Virus record (IMG/VR): IMGVR_UViG_3300023179_000063
From: an uncultured virus (IMG/VR IMGVR_UViG_3300023179_000063)
Lineage: Duplodnaviria > Heunggongvirae > Uroviricota > Caudoviricetes > Crassvirales
Direction: 5' to 3' (one strand)
Length of the DNA: 64,000 nt
A program made the translations under genes and the position numbers. The notes under the pieces are model-generated. The model did no database searches, was not told the origin of the DNA, and saw only the letters and a program-made list of their open reading frames with translations. Of the stretch, positions 7,741 to 18,228 are shown piece after piece; the stretch's first letter is position 1, and the number at the start of each line of letters is the position of its first letter.

Positions 7741-7979
7741 ATCAATATAGTGAGGTATTTACAGTTCAGTATGGTTTATTTTATGATAAATGGGTAACTG
7801 TTAGTGTAGAAAAATTAGAAGATATTTATACAAGAGGTACTTATACTATTAAAGTTAGGAGAAATGATTTTCCAAATCTTTTTAAAGTTTATAATGATGC
7901 TGGTAAAATGGTTTATAATAATTATATTTATACAATAAGTGACTATATAAAAATGAAAAAGAAACTTAGATGGAAATAA
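7737..7979 (+). CDS. Hypothetical protein
   Basis: 80-aa coupled ORF. Confidence 0.55.
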   Translation: MNQYSEVFTVQYGLFYDKWVTVSVEKLEDIYTRGTYTIKVRRNDFPNLFKVYNDAGKMVYNNYIYTISDYIKMKKKLRWK

Positions 7980-8236
7980 AAAATGAGATTAAACAATTAG
8001 CTATTAAACATAATTTAACTCAAAGTGAAATTAAAAAGATTTGGCAATCTCAATTTAAATTTACTTCTTACATAATGAGTTTAGATTATAATAATAAAGA
8101 AATTGAAGAAAGAAGAAATATAAAACTTAGAGGATTTGGTACTTTTGAATTTTCTAAATATAGAGCTAAAAAAATAACAGATTTAAAACAATTAAAAGAT
8201 GATAGACAAAGAAACATTTGTAAAGAGATTACCTAA
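7970..8236 (+). CDS. HU/IHF-like DNA-binding protein
   Basis: IKQLAIKHNLTQSEIKKI helices followed by IKLRGFGTF, the HU/IHF signature. Confidence 0.8.
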   Translation: MEIKNEIKQLAIKHNLTQSEIKKIWQSQFKFTSYIMSLDYNNKEIEERRNIKLRGFGTFEFSKYRAKKITDLKQLKDDRQRNICKEIT

Positions 8237-8483
8237 AATTGATACAGAAATATCATTAATAGATATGTGTAACAATACTATTCAAACTTGTAATATAATG
8301 GATAATGAAGAGTTAGCTATTTATAAAACAATTAAAGCTCATGCTGAAAGTATTCTTCTTAGAACTATTGAACAATTAGACAAGGTAACTAATCCTGTTT
8401 ATTACAATGAACATACTAGTTTTAGAAATGAAGATTTTGAAATACCTAAATCTAAAAGACCAAGAACTAATGGTACAATTTAA
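8199..8483 (+). CDS. Hypothetical protein
   Basis: 94-aa overlapping ORF. Confidence 0.55.
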   Translation: MIDKETFVKRLPKIDTEISLIDMCNNTIQTCNIMDNEELAIYKTIKAHAESILLRTIEQLDKVTNPVYYNEHTSFRNEDFEIPKSKRPRTNGTI

Positions 8484-9240
8484 AAGGTTATATTTTGATA
8501 TTGAAGTAAGTCCTAACATAGGATTCTTTTGGCAATCAGGTTATAAACTACAAATTCCTCATAACAATATTATAAAAGAAAGAGCTATAATATGTGTATG
8601 TTATAAATGGGAACATGAAAAAGAAGTACATTCTTTAGAATGGAAAAAAGGAGATGATAAGCAATTACTTATTAAATTTCTTAAAGTTCTTAATGAAGCT
8701 GATGAAGTAGTAGGTCAAAATTCTGATAACTTTGATATTAAATGGTTAAGAACTAGATGTTTATATCATAAAATAGAAATGATGCCTACATATTCTTCTG
8801 TTGATACCTATAAATTAGCTAAACAGTATTTTAGATTTAATTCTAACAAATTAGATTATATGTCTTCTTTTTTAGGATATGGAAATAAGATACATACTGA
8901 ATATGATCTTTGGAGAAAAATAGTTTTAGATAATGACGCTAAATCTATGCAATTAATGGTTAAGTATTGTAAAAAAGATGTTCTTTTAACTGAAAAAGTT
9001 CATCAAACAATGAAAAACTATACTAAACATAAAACTCATGTTGGAGTAGCTATGGGAGAAACTAAAATAGATTGCCCTGAATGTGGTTCAGATCATATTC
9101 AATCTAGAGGGTATGCTATAACAGCTGTAGGAACAAAATTTAAAAGATGTCAATGTCAAAATTGTGGCAAATGGTATCGAATTAATCTTAATGTTTATAA
9201 TAAAGCAATATCAATTAAAAATAATAAAGCAATAGTATGA
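8470..9240 (+). CDS. RNase H-like (DEDD) 3'-5' exonuclease with C-terminal Zn ribbon
   Basis: ExoI FDIEV, ExoII GQNSDNFD, ExoIII YCKKDV; CPECGS...CQNCG zinc ribbon; ATG 8470. Confidence 0.85.
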   Translation: MVQFKRLYFDIEVSPNIGFFWQSGYKLQIPHNNIIKERAIICVCYKWEHEKEVHSLEWKKGDDKQLLIKFLKVLNEADEVVGQNSDNFDIKWLRTRCLYHKIEMMPTYSSVDTYKLAKQYFRFNSNKLDYMSSFLGYGNKIHTEYDLWRKIVLDNDAKSMQLMVKYCKKDVLLTEKVHQTMKNYTKHKTHVGVAMGETKIDCPECGSDHIQSRGYAITAVGTKFKRCQCQNCGKWYRINLNVYNKAISIKNNKAIV

Positions 9241-9509
9241 AATTTGTAACTTTACCAATATTATGTGAACTTGAAGATGAAGATACTTCTTATAATGATT
9301 TGTTAGATGAACTTAATCTTCAAGGAGATAAAGAAAGATTTTGGAAAGATATTTCTTTTAATAAAAAAATATTAGAAGAAGAAATGCTTTCTATTGAACC
9401 TAGAAAAAACAATGATGAAAATTCGTTAATGACTTTTTATGGAGGTTCAACTTTAATTGTAGATTTAAGTCTTAAAGAATTAAAAGATGTTTTAAATGAT
9501 ACCATCTAA
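9237..9509 (+). CDS. Hypothetical protein
   Basis: 90-aa acidic coupled ORF. Confidence 0.6.
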   Translation: MKFVTLPILCELEDEDTSYNDLLDELNLQGDKERFWKDISFNKKILEEEMLSIEPRKNNDENSLMTFYGGSTLIVDLSLKELKDVLNDTI

Positions 9510-9798
9510 ATTTAAAATACTAGGACATGAAATTGAAGTAGTAATAGATAACCAATATTGCCATGATCACGAATGTCAAGGTAGATTTTTAGAATGGGAT
9601 AATAAAATAATATTAGCTGATAGATATAAAACAGTTAGAAGTTGGAGAAAGTATAAACAATCTATTGTTGAACATACTTTTTACCATGAATTAGCTCATT
9701 GTTTGTTATATTATACTGGAAACAAGATATGGTTAAATGAACAATTAGTAGATACAGTAGGAGGTTTACTTCATCAATATAATTTGACAAAAGAATGA
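9496..9798 (+). CDS. Minimal zincin-like metalloprotein (HExxH)
   Basis: TFYHELAHCLL with a downstream NEQLVD third ligand. Confidence 0.65.
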   Translation: MIPSKFKILGHEIEVVIDNQYCHDHECQGRFLEWDNKIILADRYKTVRSWRKYKQSIVEHTFYHELAHCLLYYTGNKIWLNEQLVDTVGGLLHQYNLTKE

Positions 9799-10421
9799 AA
9801 TTATTAGCAGTAGATAAAGAAATGAATGTGGAAATAGAACCACATTGTTACGAAATAGAAGAATTTAAAAATGTTATTAAACGAATTAAAAAGACTCGAG
9901 GTGATACTGACGGAAGAAAGAAAGAATTGGCTAAAAAAGAACTTGCTTATGTTTATCACATGGCTTCTAATGATTCTATTTATGCTAATTTTTCGGAACG
10001 AGATAGACATTTTAATCTTTTAAATGATGTATTTGGAGATTCTAGTTATAAAATAGATGCTGAAGTTAAATTAGCTATTGAAAAGTATAAAGAGTTAAAT
10101 ATTACTCCAGCTTTAAAGCTAATTGTAACACTTACAGAAACTTTACATAAAACTGATAAAATTATTAAAGCTATTATTGAACAATTAGAAGAAAATTTAG
10201 AAAATAATACTCATAAACAACAATATGTTAAAATGGGCAATGCTGTTAAAACTGGTGTTCAAATAACTGTTGATGATATTAACTGTTTAATGGATGTAGG
10301 CAAAAGAGTACCTTTAATGTTAACAGAATTAGAAGGATTACAAAAGAAAGTAGAAAAAGAAAAAGAAGAAAAAGCTTCAAGAATAAAAGGAAAGCTAGAA
10401 GTAAGTAATAGAGAAAGATAA
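9795..10421 (+). CDS. Conserved crAss-like protein upstream of TerL (candidate small terminase subunit)
   Basis: 208 aa, helical, KELAYVY motif; stop overlaps the TerL start. Confidence 0.55.
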   Translation: MKLLAVDKEMNVEIEPHCYEIEEFKNVIKRIKKTRGDTDGRKKELAKKELAYVYHMASNDSIYANFSERDRHFNLLNDVFGDSSYKIDAEVKLAIEKYKELNITPALKLIVTLTETLHKTDKIIKAIIEQLEENLENNTHKQQYVKMGNAVKTGVQITVDDINCLMDVGKRVPLMLTELEGLQKKVEKEKEEKASRIKGKLEVSNRER

Positions 10422-12442
10422 TGAGTTTAGATATAGGTATATACGGAATTAATACAAATGATTTCAGACGTCCAGCTATTGAGTTTTTAAAAACTGGTAG
10501 ATATATTGGTGCTGAAAAGAACAGCAGAGAATATAATAACTATTGGGATGAACAAGAATACTATTGTAAAAATGGTTATTCTGTTGGTGGTGTAAAAATT
10601 ACTGGAGAACATTATTTTTATCTTAATTTTTGTCAGATAGTTTTAAAAAGAGATTTATTTGGTGAAACAACTAAGTCAAATAGAGTCAAACAAACTAAAT
10701 TATTAACATTTCCTGATTTCTGGGATAGTGATTGGTATTATTTTACTGAATGTGAAGCTGCTAAAAATGAAGGTCAGCACGTTATTGTTTTAAAACCTAG
10801 ACGTAGAGGATATTCATTTAAAAATGCAGCTAAAACTGCTTATAATTATAGCTTTTTTAGAAACTCTACTTCACTTATTATAGCTGAACAATCAGGTTAT
10901 GCTGAAGAAACATTGTTAATGGCTGCTGCTTATCTTGATTTTTTAATAAAGCATACAGATTTTGGTAAATCTAGGATAGTAGATAAACCTAGAAGTCATT
11001 TAGAATCAGGATTTAATGAAATATTACCTGATGGTCGAAGAGTAATTTCTGGTTACAGGTCTAAAATACTATCTTTAACTTCTAAAAACAATCCTGACGT
11101 AGCAAGGGGTAAAGATGCTAACGTAATTCTTTTTGAAGAAGCAGGTTCTTTTACTAATTTAAAATCTACTTACTTAGCTACACTTCCAACCGTACAAGCT
11201 GGAACAGGTGTTTCTGGTCAAATTTTTTGTTATGGAACTGGAGGTGACTTTAGTGGTGGTATTGTAGACTTTGAAGATATGTTCTATAATCCTGAACCTT
11301 ACAACTTTAGATCTTTTGATAATTCTTGGGAAGAAGGAATGTCAGGAACTAAAATAGGTTATTTTTTACCAGATTATTATTCAAAAGATGGTTTTATAGA
11401 TAATAATGGTAATTCTAAAACTAAAGAAGCATTAGCTTTTATTGAAGCTGAAGTAGAAAGAGTTAAAAGAACTTCTAAAGATTCTAATACTATTGATAAG
11501 GTATTAAGTGAAAATCCTAGAAAACCATCTGAAGCTTTTATTAAATCTTCAAGTAATATTTTTCCTAAAGCTGAAATACAATCTCAAATTAATAGAATTA
11601 AATCAGAAAGATCACTTCAATTTTTAGGTACAACAGGTAGATTAGTTGTTAATTCTTCTAATATACTTGAATGGCAACCTACTACTGATGTTAAACCTAT
11701 TTTAAATTTTCCTGTTAAAAAAGATGTAGATGGAGAAGGATGTATTATTGTTTATCAACCTCCTTATAAGAATGGAAATGAAACTCCACATGATTTATAT
11801 TTTATTTGTCATGACCCGTATGCTACTGATAATGAGAATGGTCAATCTTTAGGTGCTTGTTATGTAATTAAAAGAATTAATAATTTTAGTAAACCTTACG
11901 ATTTAATTGTAGCTGAATATGTAGCTAGACCTAAATCACAAGATGAATATAATTATAATTTGTTTAATTTAGCTAAACATTACAATGCTAAAATAGTATT
12001 TGAAAATGATAGAGGAAATGTTATAGAATATGCTAGAAGAACTCATCAATTAGGATGGCTTCAAGAAGAGCTAGACATTTTTGATAAAGATGGTGGATTA
12101 AAAGGTAAGTTAAATAGAAAATACGGATACTCAATGTCTAATAAAGAACTTAAAAGACAATGTGCTTTATATTTTAGAGATTGGTTACTTACTGAAAGAG
12201 AAAAAGATATAAATGGAAATGTAGAATTAAATCTACATAAAATTTATTCTATTCCTTTATTAGATGAAATTCTTAAATTTAATTATGAAGGAAACTTTGA
12301 TAGAGTCCTTAGTTTATTTGGAGCTATGCTTTATAAACAACAATTAAATTTAAAACCACCTCCTGAACAAGAAGACAAGTATATATACAATGATGAGTTC
12401 TTTAATAGATTCAAATTTGTTAATAATCAAAACTTATATTAG
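10421..12442 (+). CDS. terL: Terminase large subunit
   Basis: ITGEHYFYLNF, Walker A KPRRRGYS, Walker B ILFEEAG, YGTGG, nuclease acidic motifs HDPY / FENDR / NFDRV, as in crAss-like TerL. Confidence 0.95.
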   Translation: MSLDIGIYGINTNDFRRPAIEFLKTGRYIGAEKNSREYNNYWDEQEYYCKNGYSVGGVKITGEHYFYLNFCQIVLKRDLFGETTKSNRVKQTKLLTFPDFWDSDWYYFTECEAAKNEGQHVIVLKPRRRGYSFKNAAKTAYNYSFFRNSTSLIIAEQSGYAEETLLMAAAYLDFLIKHTDFGKSRIVDKPRSHLESGFNEILPDGRRVISGYRSKILSLTSKNNPDVARGKDANVILFEEAGSFTNLKSTYLATLPTVQAGTGVSGQIFCYGTGGDFSGGIVDFEDMFYNPEPYNFRSFDNSWEEGMSGTKIGYFLPDYYSKDGFIDNNGNSKTKEALAFIEAEVERVKRTSKDSNTIDKVLSENPRKPSEAFIKSSSNIFPKAEIQSQINRIKSERSLQFLGTTGRLVVNSSNILEWQPTTDVKPILNFPVKKDVDGEGCIIVYQPPYKNGNETPHDLYFICHDPYATDNENGQSLGACYVIKRINNFSKPYDLIVAEYVARPKSQDEYNYNLFNLAKHYNAKIVFENDRGNVIEYARRTHQLGWLQEELDIFDKDGGLKGKLNRKYGYSMSNKELKRQCALYFRDWLLTEREKDINGNVELNLHKIYSIPLLDEILKFNYEGNFDRVLSLFGAMLYKQQLNLKPPPEQEDKYIYNDEFFNRFKFVNNQNLY

Positions 12443-12447
12443 ATTTG
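12440..12447 (+). promoter_or_regulatory. Bacteroidota-type -7 promoter element
   Basis: TAgaTTTG 18 nt upstream of the portal ATG. Confidence 0.55.
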
Positions 12448-12465
12448 TAACTAAAATATTTAAAA

Positions 12466-14766
12466 ATGAGTGAAGTTCAATATATTTCTGATATACCAAA
12501 TCAGAACATAAGTTATGCTGCTAAAATAAAAGATGATTATGACTGGGGTAGGAAGACTATGCTTGCTTATATCCAAAGATCTTCATTTTCTACTAACACT
12601 TATAAAATGTGGTTAAAGAAACTATATGACTATTATAATGGACATATAGATATTGAAGACTACAAATTAGTAACAGCTCCTTTTGGTAAAGAAATTGAAG
12701 GAGATTGGGCTGATGTTAAAAACTATCCTATTATTAAACCTAAAGTAGATTTATTAAGAGGAGAATTTAGTAAAAGACCTAAAGACATGACAGTATATGT
12801 TGTTAACGATGATGTTAATAGCAAAATGCTAGAAGAATTAAATAAACAAATTAACGATAACCTTGAACAGCAATTTATAAATACTTTAAATGCTCAAGGT
12901 GTAGATACTGGTATTCCTTCTCAAGAAATACCTACTCCAGAATATATTAAAGAACAATTTGAATCTAGTTATAGAGATAAAAGAGCTATTAACGGTCAAC
13001 ATGCTATTAATTTTATTAGTCAATATAATAAATTAGATGAAATATTTGATGTTGCTTGGTTTGATTGGATGGCAACTGGTGAAGTATATAGTAAAAAAGG
13101 AATTGAACATAATGAAGTATTTTTAGAAGTTGTAAATCCTTTAGATATTGATTATGATAAAGATCCTGATTTACAGTTTATTGAAGATGGAGATTGGGTA
13201 GTAAGAAGAAAATATATGTTACCTTCTTCTATTATAGATATTTTCTATGATGATTTAACAATGGATGAAATAAATCAAATAGAAACTTTAGCTATTCAAG
13301 GTCCAGCTTTTTCAACTACATCACCTTTTCTTTATGATAGAACAGTTCCTTTTAAAGCTTATTCTAGATTAATAGAAGTTCTTCATGTAGAATGGAAAAG
13401 TAAAAAGAAGATTGGCATTGTAGATTTTGTAGATGAAATGGGACAACCTCAATCTTTAGAAGTTACTGAAGATTATACAAAAACAGAAGGGCAAACTCTT
13501 AAATGGTATTGGGTAAATGAAGTATGGGAAGGTTATAGAATAGGTACTACTTTGTATAAAAGAATTAGAGCTTTACAAAACCAAAGAAATTCTATAGATA
13601 ATCCTTCTAAATGTAAACTATCTTATAATGGTAGGGTATTTTCTAATAGAAATTCAAGAAATATATCAATGGTTACTTTAGGTATTCCATATCAAGTACT
13701 TTATAATGCTACTATGCACAGGTTAAAACTGGCTATGGCTAAAATGAAAGATGATATGGTTATTTTAGATCTTAATCTTAAACCTAAAAATTGGGATATA
13801 GATAAGTGGATGTTGATGGCTGATCAAACTTCTATTATGTTTGCTGATTATGCTAAAGAAGGAGTTAATAGAAATAATAATACTCAATCTAGATTACAAA
13901 TAGCATCTTCAACTATCCAAGCTTATATAGAATTACTTAGATTTATTAAACAAGAATGGGATGAAGTATGTGGTATTACTAAACAAAGAGAAGGTCAAAT
14001 AACTTCTTCTGAAACAGTAGGTGGAGTAGAAAGAGCTGTAGTTCAATCTTCTTTAATTACTGAAGTTTACTTTGCTTACTTTGATCAATTTAAAGAAAGA
14101 GAATATCAAGGATTAATTGATTGGTCTAAATTAGCTTGGATTAATGGTAAGAAAACTAGCTTTGTAATGCCTGAAACAGCTAAAACTATTTATATGGATA
14201 TAGATGGTATAGAACATTCTGAATCAGAATATGGAATATTTGTAGCTAAATCTAGTAAATTACAAGAAAAAATTAAAATGGTTCAGTCTATAGCTCAACC
14301 TTTAGCACAGAATGGTACACCAGGTTCAACTATTGTTGAACTACTTGAATCTGATAATCTTGCTGATATTAAGATGAAGTTAAGATCAGCTGAAGCTAAA
14401 ATGCAAGAATATTCTCAAATGAAAGAAAAAGCTCAACAAGAACATGAACAACAAGTAGTTCAAATGCAGAGTGAAATGGCAGATAAAAATCAACAATATG
14501 TTCTTGAGCAAATTGATAGAAAAGGTGAATGGGATATGAGAAAAACAGAACTTACTGCTTTAGGTATGGATGAAGGAGATGATAACACAGCTATTCAAAA
14601 AGCTATGATTGAGGCAGGTCTTAAAGAAAAAGAACTTCAAATTAAAAATAGAGAAATAGAACAAAAAGAAATTGAAGGTCAAAGAAAAGCTCAAACAGAA
14701 AAATATAAAGCAGATAAATCTTTACAAGTAGCAAAAGAAAATAAACAAAATGTCAAAAAAACATAA
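12466..14766 (+). CDS. Portal protein
   Basis: 766 aa after TerL; NYPIIKPKVDLLRGE, WYWVNEVWEGYRIG, GITKQREGQI and a coiled-coil C-terminus typical of crAss-like portals. Confidence 0.92.
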   Translation: MSEVQYISDIPNQNISYAAKIKDDYDWGRKTMLAYIQRSSFSTNTYKMWLKKLYDYYNGHIDIEDYKLVTAPFGKEIEGDWADVKNYPIIKPKVDLLRGEFSKRPKDMTVYVVNDDVNSKMLEELNKQINDNLEQQFINTLNAQGVDTGIPSQEIPTPEYIKEQFESSYRDKRAINGQHAINFISQYNKLDEIFDVAWFDWMATGEVYSKKGIEHNEVFLEVVNPLDIDYDKDPDLQFIEDGDWVVRRKYMLPSSIIDIFYDDLTMDEINQIETLAIQGPAFSTTSPFLYDRTVPFKAYSRLIEVLHVEWKSKKKIGIVDFVDEMGQPQSLEVTEDYTKTEGQTLKWYWVNEVWEGYRIGTTLYKRIRALQNQRNSIDNPSKCKLSYNGRVFSNRNSRNISMVTLGIPYQVLYNATMHRLKLAMAKMKDDMVILDLNLKPKNWDIDKWMLMADQTSIMFADYAKEGVNRNNNTQSRLQIASSTIQAYIELLRFIKQEWDEVCGITKQREGQITSSETVGGVERAVVQSSLITEVYFAYFDQFKEREYQGLIDWSKLAWINGKKTSFVMPETAKTIYMDIDGIEHSESEYGIFVAKSSKLQEKIKMVQSIAQPLAQNGTPGSTIVELLESDNLADIKMKLRSAEAKMQEYSQMKEKAQQEHEQQVVQMQSEMADKNQQYVLEQIDRKGEWDMRKTELTALGMDEGDDNTAIQKAMIEAGLKEKELQIKNREIEQKEIEGQRKAQTEKYKADKSLQVAKENKQNVKKT

Positions 14767-15562
14767 TAAAGTTTATATTTATACATTAAGTGATTGTAGA
14801 AATCCTGAAATAGTTAAATATGTAGGTAAAACTCAATATTTAACAGAAAGATTAAAACAACATCAAAGATCTGCTTTTAATAGATATAGTAAAGTTTCTT
14901 TATGGATAAAGAATATATTATTAGAAAAAAGTAATATTGTTTTAAATGTTATAGATGAAGTAGAAGAAAATAATTGGCAAAAAGCAGAAATAGCATATAT
15001 AAAATTATATAAAAGTTTTGGGGCAAATTTAGTAAATACTGCAATTGGAGGAAATGATACTTCTTATATGAGAAACTATAAGAAAAAAGGAAGAAAAAAT
15101 TTAAAACAATCTAAATTAATGATTGGTAATACTATATGGAAAAATGTAACTCAAAAAACAAGAATAATATCTGCTAAAAAAGCAAATATTACTAAGTCTA
15201 AAAATAAACATTTATATAAAATAAAAATATTATCAGAAAATACTAAAGAAAAAATAAAAAATGTTTTATTACAAAATAGTTTAAATTTGTCAAAAAGTGT
15301 AGTAGAAATAGATTATAATTTTAAAGTTATAAATAAATATAATAGTGTATCTGAAGCAGAAAGATTGCTAAATTTATCAGGAATTAATCAAGTATGTTTA
15401 AATAAAAGATGTTTTATAAAAAAAAGATTATTTATGTTTGAAAATTTTACAGAACAAGATAAAATAGATAAAGTAAATTTTATATTATCTAAAAAAAGAA
15501 CATTTAACATATATAATAAACAACTACAAAGTGATATAAATAATTACTCAATTAAAAAGTAG
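14750..15562 (+). CDS. Free-standing GIY-YIG homing endonuclease with NUMOD-type C-terminus
   Basis: VYIYTL...KYVGKT...RLKQH...E...YI...LVN..GG nuclease pattern; C-terminal YNSVSEAERLL...INQVC (NUMOD1/IENR-like); extreme A bias. Confidence 0.85.
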   Translation: MSKKHNKVYIYTLSDCRNPEIVKYVGKTQYLTERLKQHQRSAFNRYSKVSLWIKNILLEKSNIVLNVIDEVEENNWQKAEIAYIKLYKSFGANLVNTAIGGNDTSYMRNYKKKGRKNLKQSKLMIGNTIWKNVTQKTRIISAKKANITKSKNKHLYKIKILSENTKEKIKNVLLQNSLNLSKSVVEIDYNFKVINKYNSVSEAERLLNLSGINQVCLNKRCFIKKRLFMFENFTEQDKIDKVNFILSKKRTFNIYNKQLQSDINNYSIKK

Positions 15563-15594
15563 TTTAATAGTATAGAAATAAATTTAATAAATAT

Positions 15595-15602
15595 TAATTT
15601 TG
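15595..15602 (+). promoter_or_regulatory. Bacteroidota-type -7 promoter element
   Basis: TAatTTTG 8 nt upstream of ATG 15611. Confidence 0.45.
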
Positions 15603-15610
15603 AATAGAAA

Positions 15611-16726
15611 ATGAAAGATGAAAGTAAAGGAATATCAGCTCCTGACTCAATGGTAGAAGGACTTGATGATGTTTTAAATGATGTACCTAATATTGTTCCT
15701 ATTGAACAAGAACAACTAGGTGATGATGTTAAAACAGATGATGAATCAGTTGAAACTGAAACTAAAAAAAGAGGAAGACCTGCTAAACAAAAAGAAGAAA
15801 CAAAAGCAGAAGAACCTGAAAAAGTTAAAGAATCTGTTAAAGAAGATTTTAAAACTGAAGAAGAAGAACCTGAAGAAAATTCAGAAGAGTCTTTAATTAA
15901 AACAATAGCTAGTAAATTAGGTATTGAATTAGGAGAAGATGATGAATTTGAAGATTCTGAAGAAGGTTTAATAGCTTTTACTGAAAGAGCTGGTAAAGAA
16001 TTTGCCGATCAACAGTTAAATAGCTTCTTTGAAGAACATCCTGATTTAGGAGAAATTTTTGATTATGTAATGTTAGGTGGTAATGTAGAAGATTATTACA
16101 AAGCTATAACACCTGAAATAGATTACAAATCAATAGATATTGATAATGAATCAGTACAAAAATCTGTTTTAAAAACTCTTTATAGAAATAATGGGTATTC
16201 AGATGAACAGATAACAAAGAAACTTGATAAATTTGAAATAGCTGGTATATTAAAAGAAGAAGCAGAAGAAGCTTCAATATTATTAGCTAAAGCTCAAGAA
16301 AAAGAAAAAGGTGCTCTAATAGAAAATCAACGTAGAGAAGCTGAACAGTCTAGACAACGTCAAGCTAGAATATGGGGAGAAATGGAGCAAATAGTTAAAA
16401 ATCGTAAAGTACAAGATTTTGAGATACCTGTATCTGAAATTCAATCTACTTTAGATTATATGAAAAAACCTGTTAAAAACGGAATGAGTCAATGGCAAAT
16501 TGATCAAAACGATTTAACACTTGAAGATAGAGCTGCTCTAGCTTTCTTTATGAAAAATAAAGGTAAACTAGGTAAGTATATTAATCAAGCTGCAACTACT
16601 CAAAGAGTATCAACTTTAAGAAGTAAGTTGACAGGAGGTAAAACAACGATGAAAAGTGGAACTGGGAATGATAGCATAAATACTAATGATGATATAGTAT
16701 TTGATGCAAGACCCACTAAAAAATAA
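15611..16726 (+). CDS. Putative capsid scaffolding/assembly protein
   Basis: Highly acidic, low-complexity N-terminus and helical C-terminus, between portal and major capsid (conserved crAss-like position). Confidence 0.7.
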   Translation: MKDESKGISAPDSMVEGLDDVLNDVPNIVPIEQEQLGDDVKTDDESVETETKKRGRPAKQKEETKAEEPEKVKESVKEDFKTEEEEPEENSEESLIKTIASKLGIELGEDDEFEDSEEGLIAFTERAGKEFADQQLNSFFEEHPDLGEIFDYVMLGGNVEDYYKAITPEIDYKSIDIDNESVQKSVLKTLYRNNGYSDEQITKKLDKFEIAGILKEEAEEASILLAKAQEKEKGALIENQRREAEQSRQRQARIWGEMEQIVKNRKVQDFEIPVSEIQSTLDYMKKPVKNGMSQWQIDQNDLTLEDRAALAFFMKNKGKLGKYINQAATTQRVSTLRSKLTGGKTTMKSGTGNDSINTNDDIVFDARPTKK

Positions 16727-16753
16727 AACTTTTAAAAACAAATATAAATAAAC

Positions 16754-18187
16754 ATGGCTCAATTAGTATTCGACCAACAATGGAACGAACAAATGAAAAC
16801 CAACGATACATCTTTAGCAAAGATGTTGATGTTGAAACCTGACCAATTATCTCCAGTATTAACATATCTTATGGGAGATGAAAGTCAAAGATTTCCTCTC
16901 ATGTACCTTTCTGAAGGTATGAAAGCAATGAAAGAAATAGAAGGTGATGAGTATGAATATGACGTAATTGGACGTCTATTCAAAGCTATTCCTTTAGCAG
17001 AAACTGTATCAACTGCAAATTCTGGTATTGGTTATTCTACTTTTACTATTAAATTTCAAGAAAAATTATTTCCTAAAGATTACACAATCTTAACTCCTAA
17101 TGGTTATCAATTAACAGTAGTAGGTGAACCTTACCAAACAAATGGTTTGTGGAGCTTTCCTGTAAAATTAGTAGCTAAAAACAGTTCACAGTTTTTACCT
17201 TCTTCTGAATTAACTGCTGGTAACTTGTTCTCATTAGGTTGGGCAGCTGTAGCATCATTTGGTTCAACTGGTAATGAGTCAGTTTCTACTGCTCCTTATA
17301 AAGTGAGAGGTGATATTACTACTCTTCGTAAATCTTACAAATGGGAAGGTAATGTAAAATATCGTTCTACTGTAACTGTAAAACTTCCTACTTCTGGTGG
17401 TGGAGAAAAATCTTTATGGTGGCCGTATGAAGAATACCAACATAATTTATCATTCCGTCAAGAATGTGAAACTAACTATTGGTACTCAACTTCAAATCGT
17501 GATGCTTCAGGTATCGTTAACGAAAGAGATGTTAATGGTAATCCTATTGTAAGAGGTTCAGGTATTCTTGAGCAAATAATGAACAAAGATACTTTTGGTA
17601 CTTTGACAGTAGATAAAATTCATCAAACAATTCGTAGTACTTTCTACGGTATGTCTGATGCTTCTAATAAAGTTGTAACAATCTTTACTGGTATTGGTGG
17701 TCGTCAAGAATTTGATGATGCTATGAAAGCAGATTTAGCAGCTAGAAGTTACATCAAATTAACTGATGCTCAATTTGTTACTGGTTCTGGTTATTCATTA
17801 GCTTTAGGTGGATACTTTGATATGTATCAGCACGTTGATGGTTACAAAATTATAATCAAAACTGCATCTATTTTTGATAATGGACCTCAAGCTTTAGCGT
17901 CACCTAGACATCCTAAAACTGGTTTACCATTAGAATCACATAGATTAGTATTTGTTGATACATCTACTTATAACGGTGAAAACAACCTTGTAATGGTAAC
18001 TAAAAAAGGCCGTTCAATGGTAAGAGCAGTTGTTAAAGGTATGAATGAAGTATCAGCTAATTTAACTGGTAATGATTCAATTGCAACTGATAAAGATGCA
18101 AGTTCAATTCACTTTATGAAAGCTGGTCAAGTAGTTCTTAGACGTTTCAATACTTCTATCGACCTACGTTGTGTAGCTGGATTGTAG
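16754..18187 (+). CDS. Major capsid protein
   Basis: 477 aa; FPLMYLSEG, TTLRKSY, E..YWYS, GSGILEQI, FTGIGG..EFD motifs of crAss-like MCP; optimised codons and a strong downstream terminator. Confidence 0.92.
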   Translation: MAQLVFDQQWNEQMKTNDTSLAKMLMLKPDQLSPVLTYLMGDESQRFPLMYLSEGMKAMKEIEGDEYEYDVIGRLFKAIPLAETVSTANSGIGYSTFTIKFQEKLFPKDYTILTPNGYQLTVVGEPYQTNGLWSFPVKLVAKNSSQFLPSSELTAGNLFSLGWAAVASFGSTGNESVSTAPYKVRGDITTLRKSYKWEGNVKYRSTVTVKLPTSGGGEKSLWWPYEEYQHNLSFRQECETNYWYSTSNRDASGIVNERDVNGNPIVRGSGILEQIMNKDTFGTLTVDKIHQTIRSTFYGMSDASNKVVTIFTGIGGRQEFDDAMKADLAARSYIKLTDAQFVTGSGYSLALGGYFDMYQHVDGYKIIIKTASIFDNGPQALASPRHPKTGLPLESHRLVFVDTSTYNGENNLVMVTKKGRSMVRAVVKGMNEVSANLTGNDSIATDKDASSIHFMKAGQVVLRRFNTSIDLRCVAGL

Positions 18188-18196
18188 TATAAAATT

Positions 18197-18225
18197 AAAC
18201 TAGGAGTAGAAATACTCCTAGTTTT
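18197..18225 (+). terminator. Rho-independent terminator
   Basis: AAACTAGGAGTA-GAAA-TACTCCTAGTTT(T). Confidence 0.85.
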
Positions 18226-18228
18226 ATA

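Noticed and set aside
10421..12442. Intein or intron in TerL (also considered for RNAP and PolA)
   Set aside because: TerL and PolA have normal length and motif spacing; no C...HN splice motifs or LAGLIDADG pattern were noticed
14750..15610. Group I intron around the GIY-YIG gene
   Set aside because: The portal and scaffold ORFs look complete and there is no room for, or sign of, an intron core
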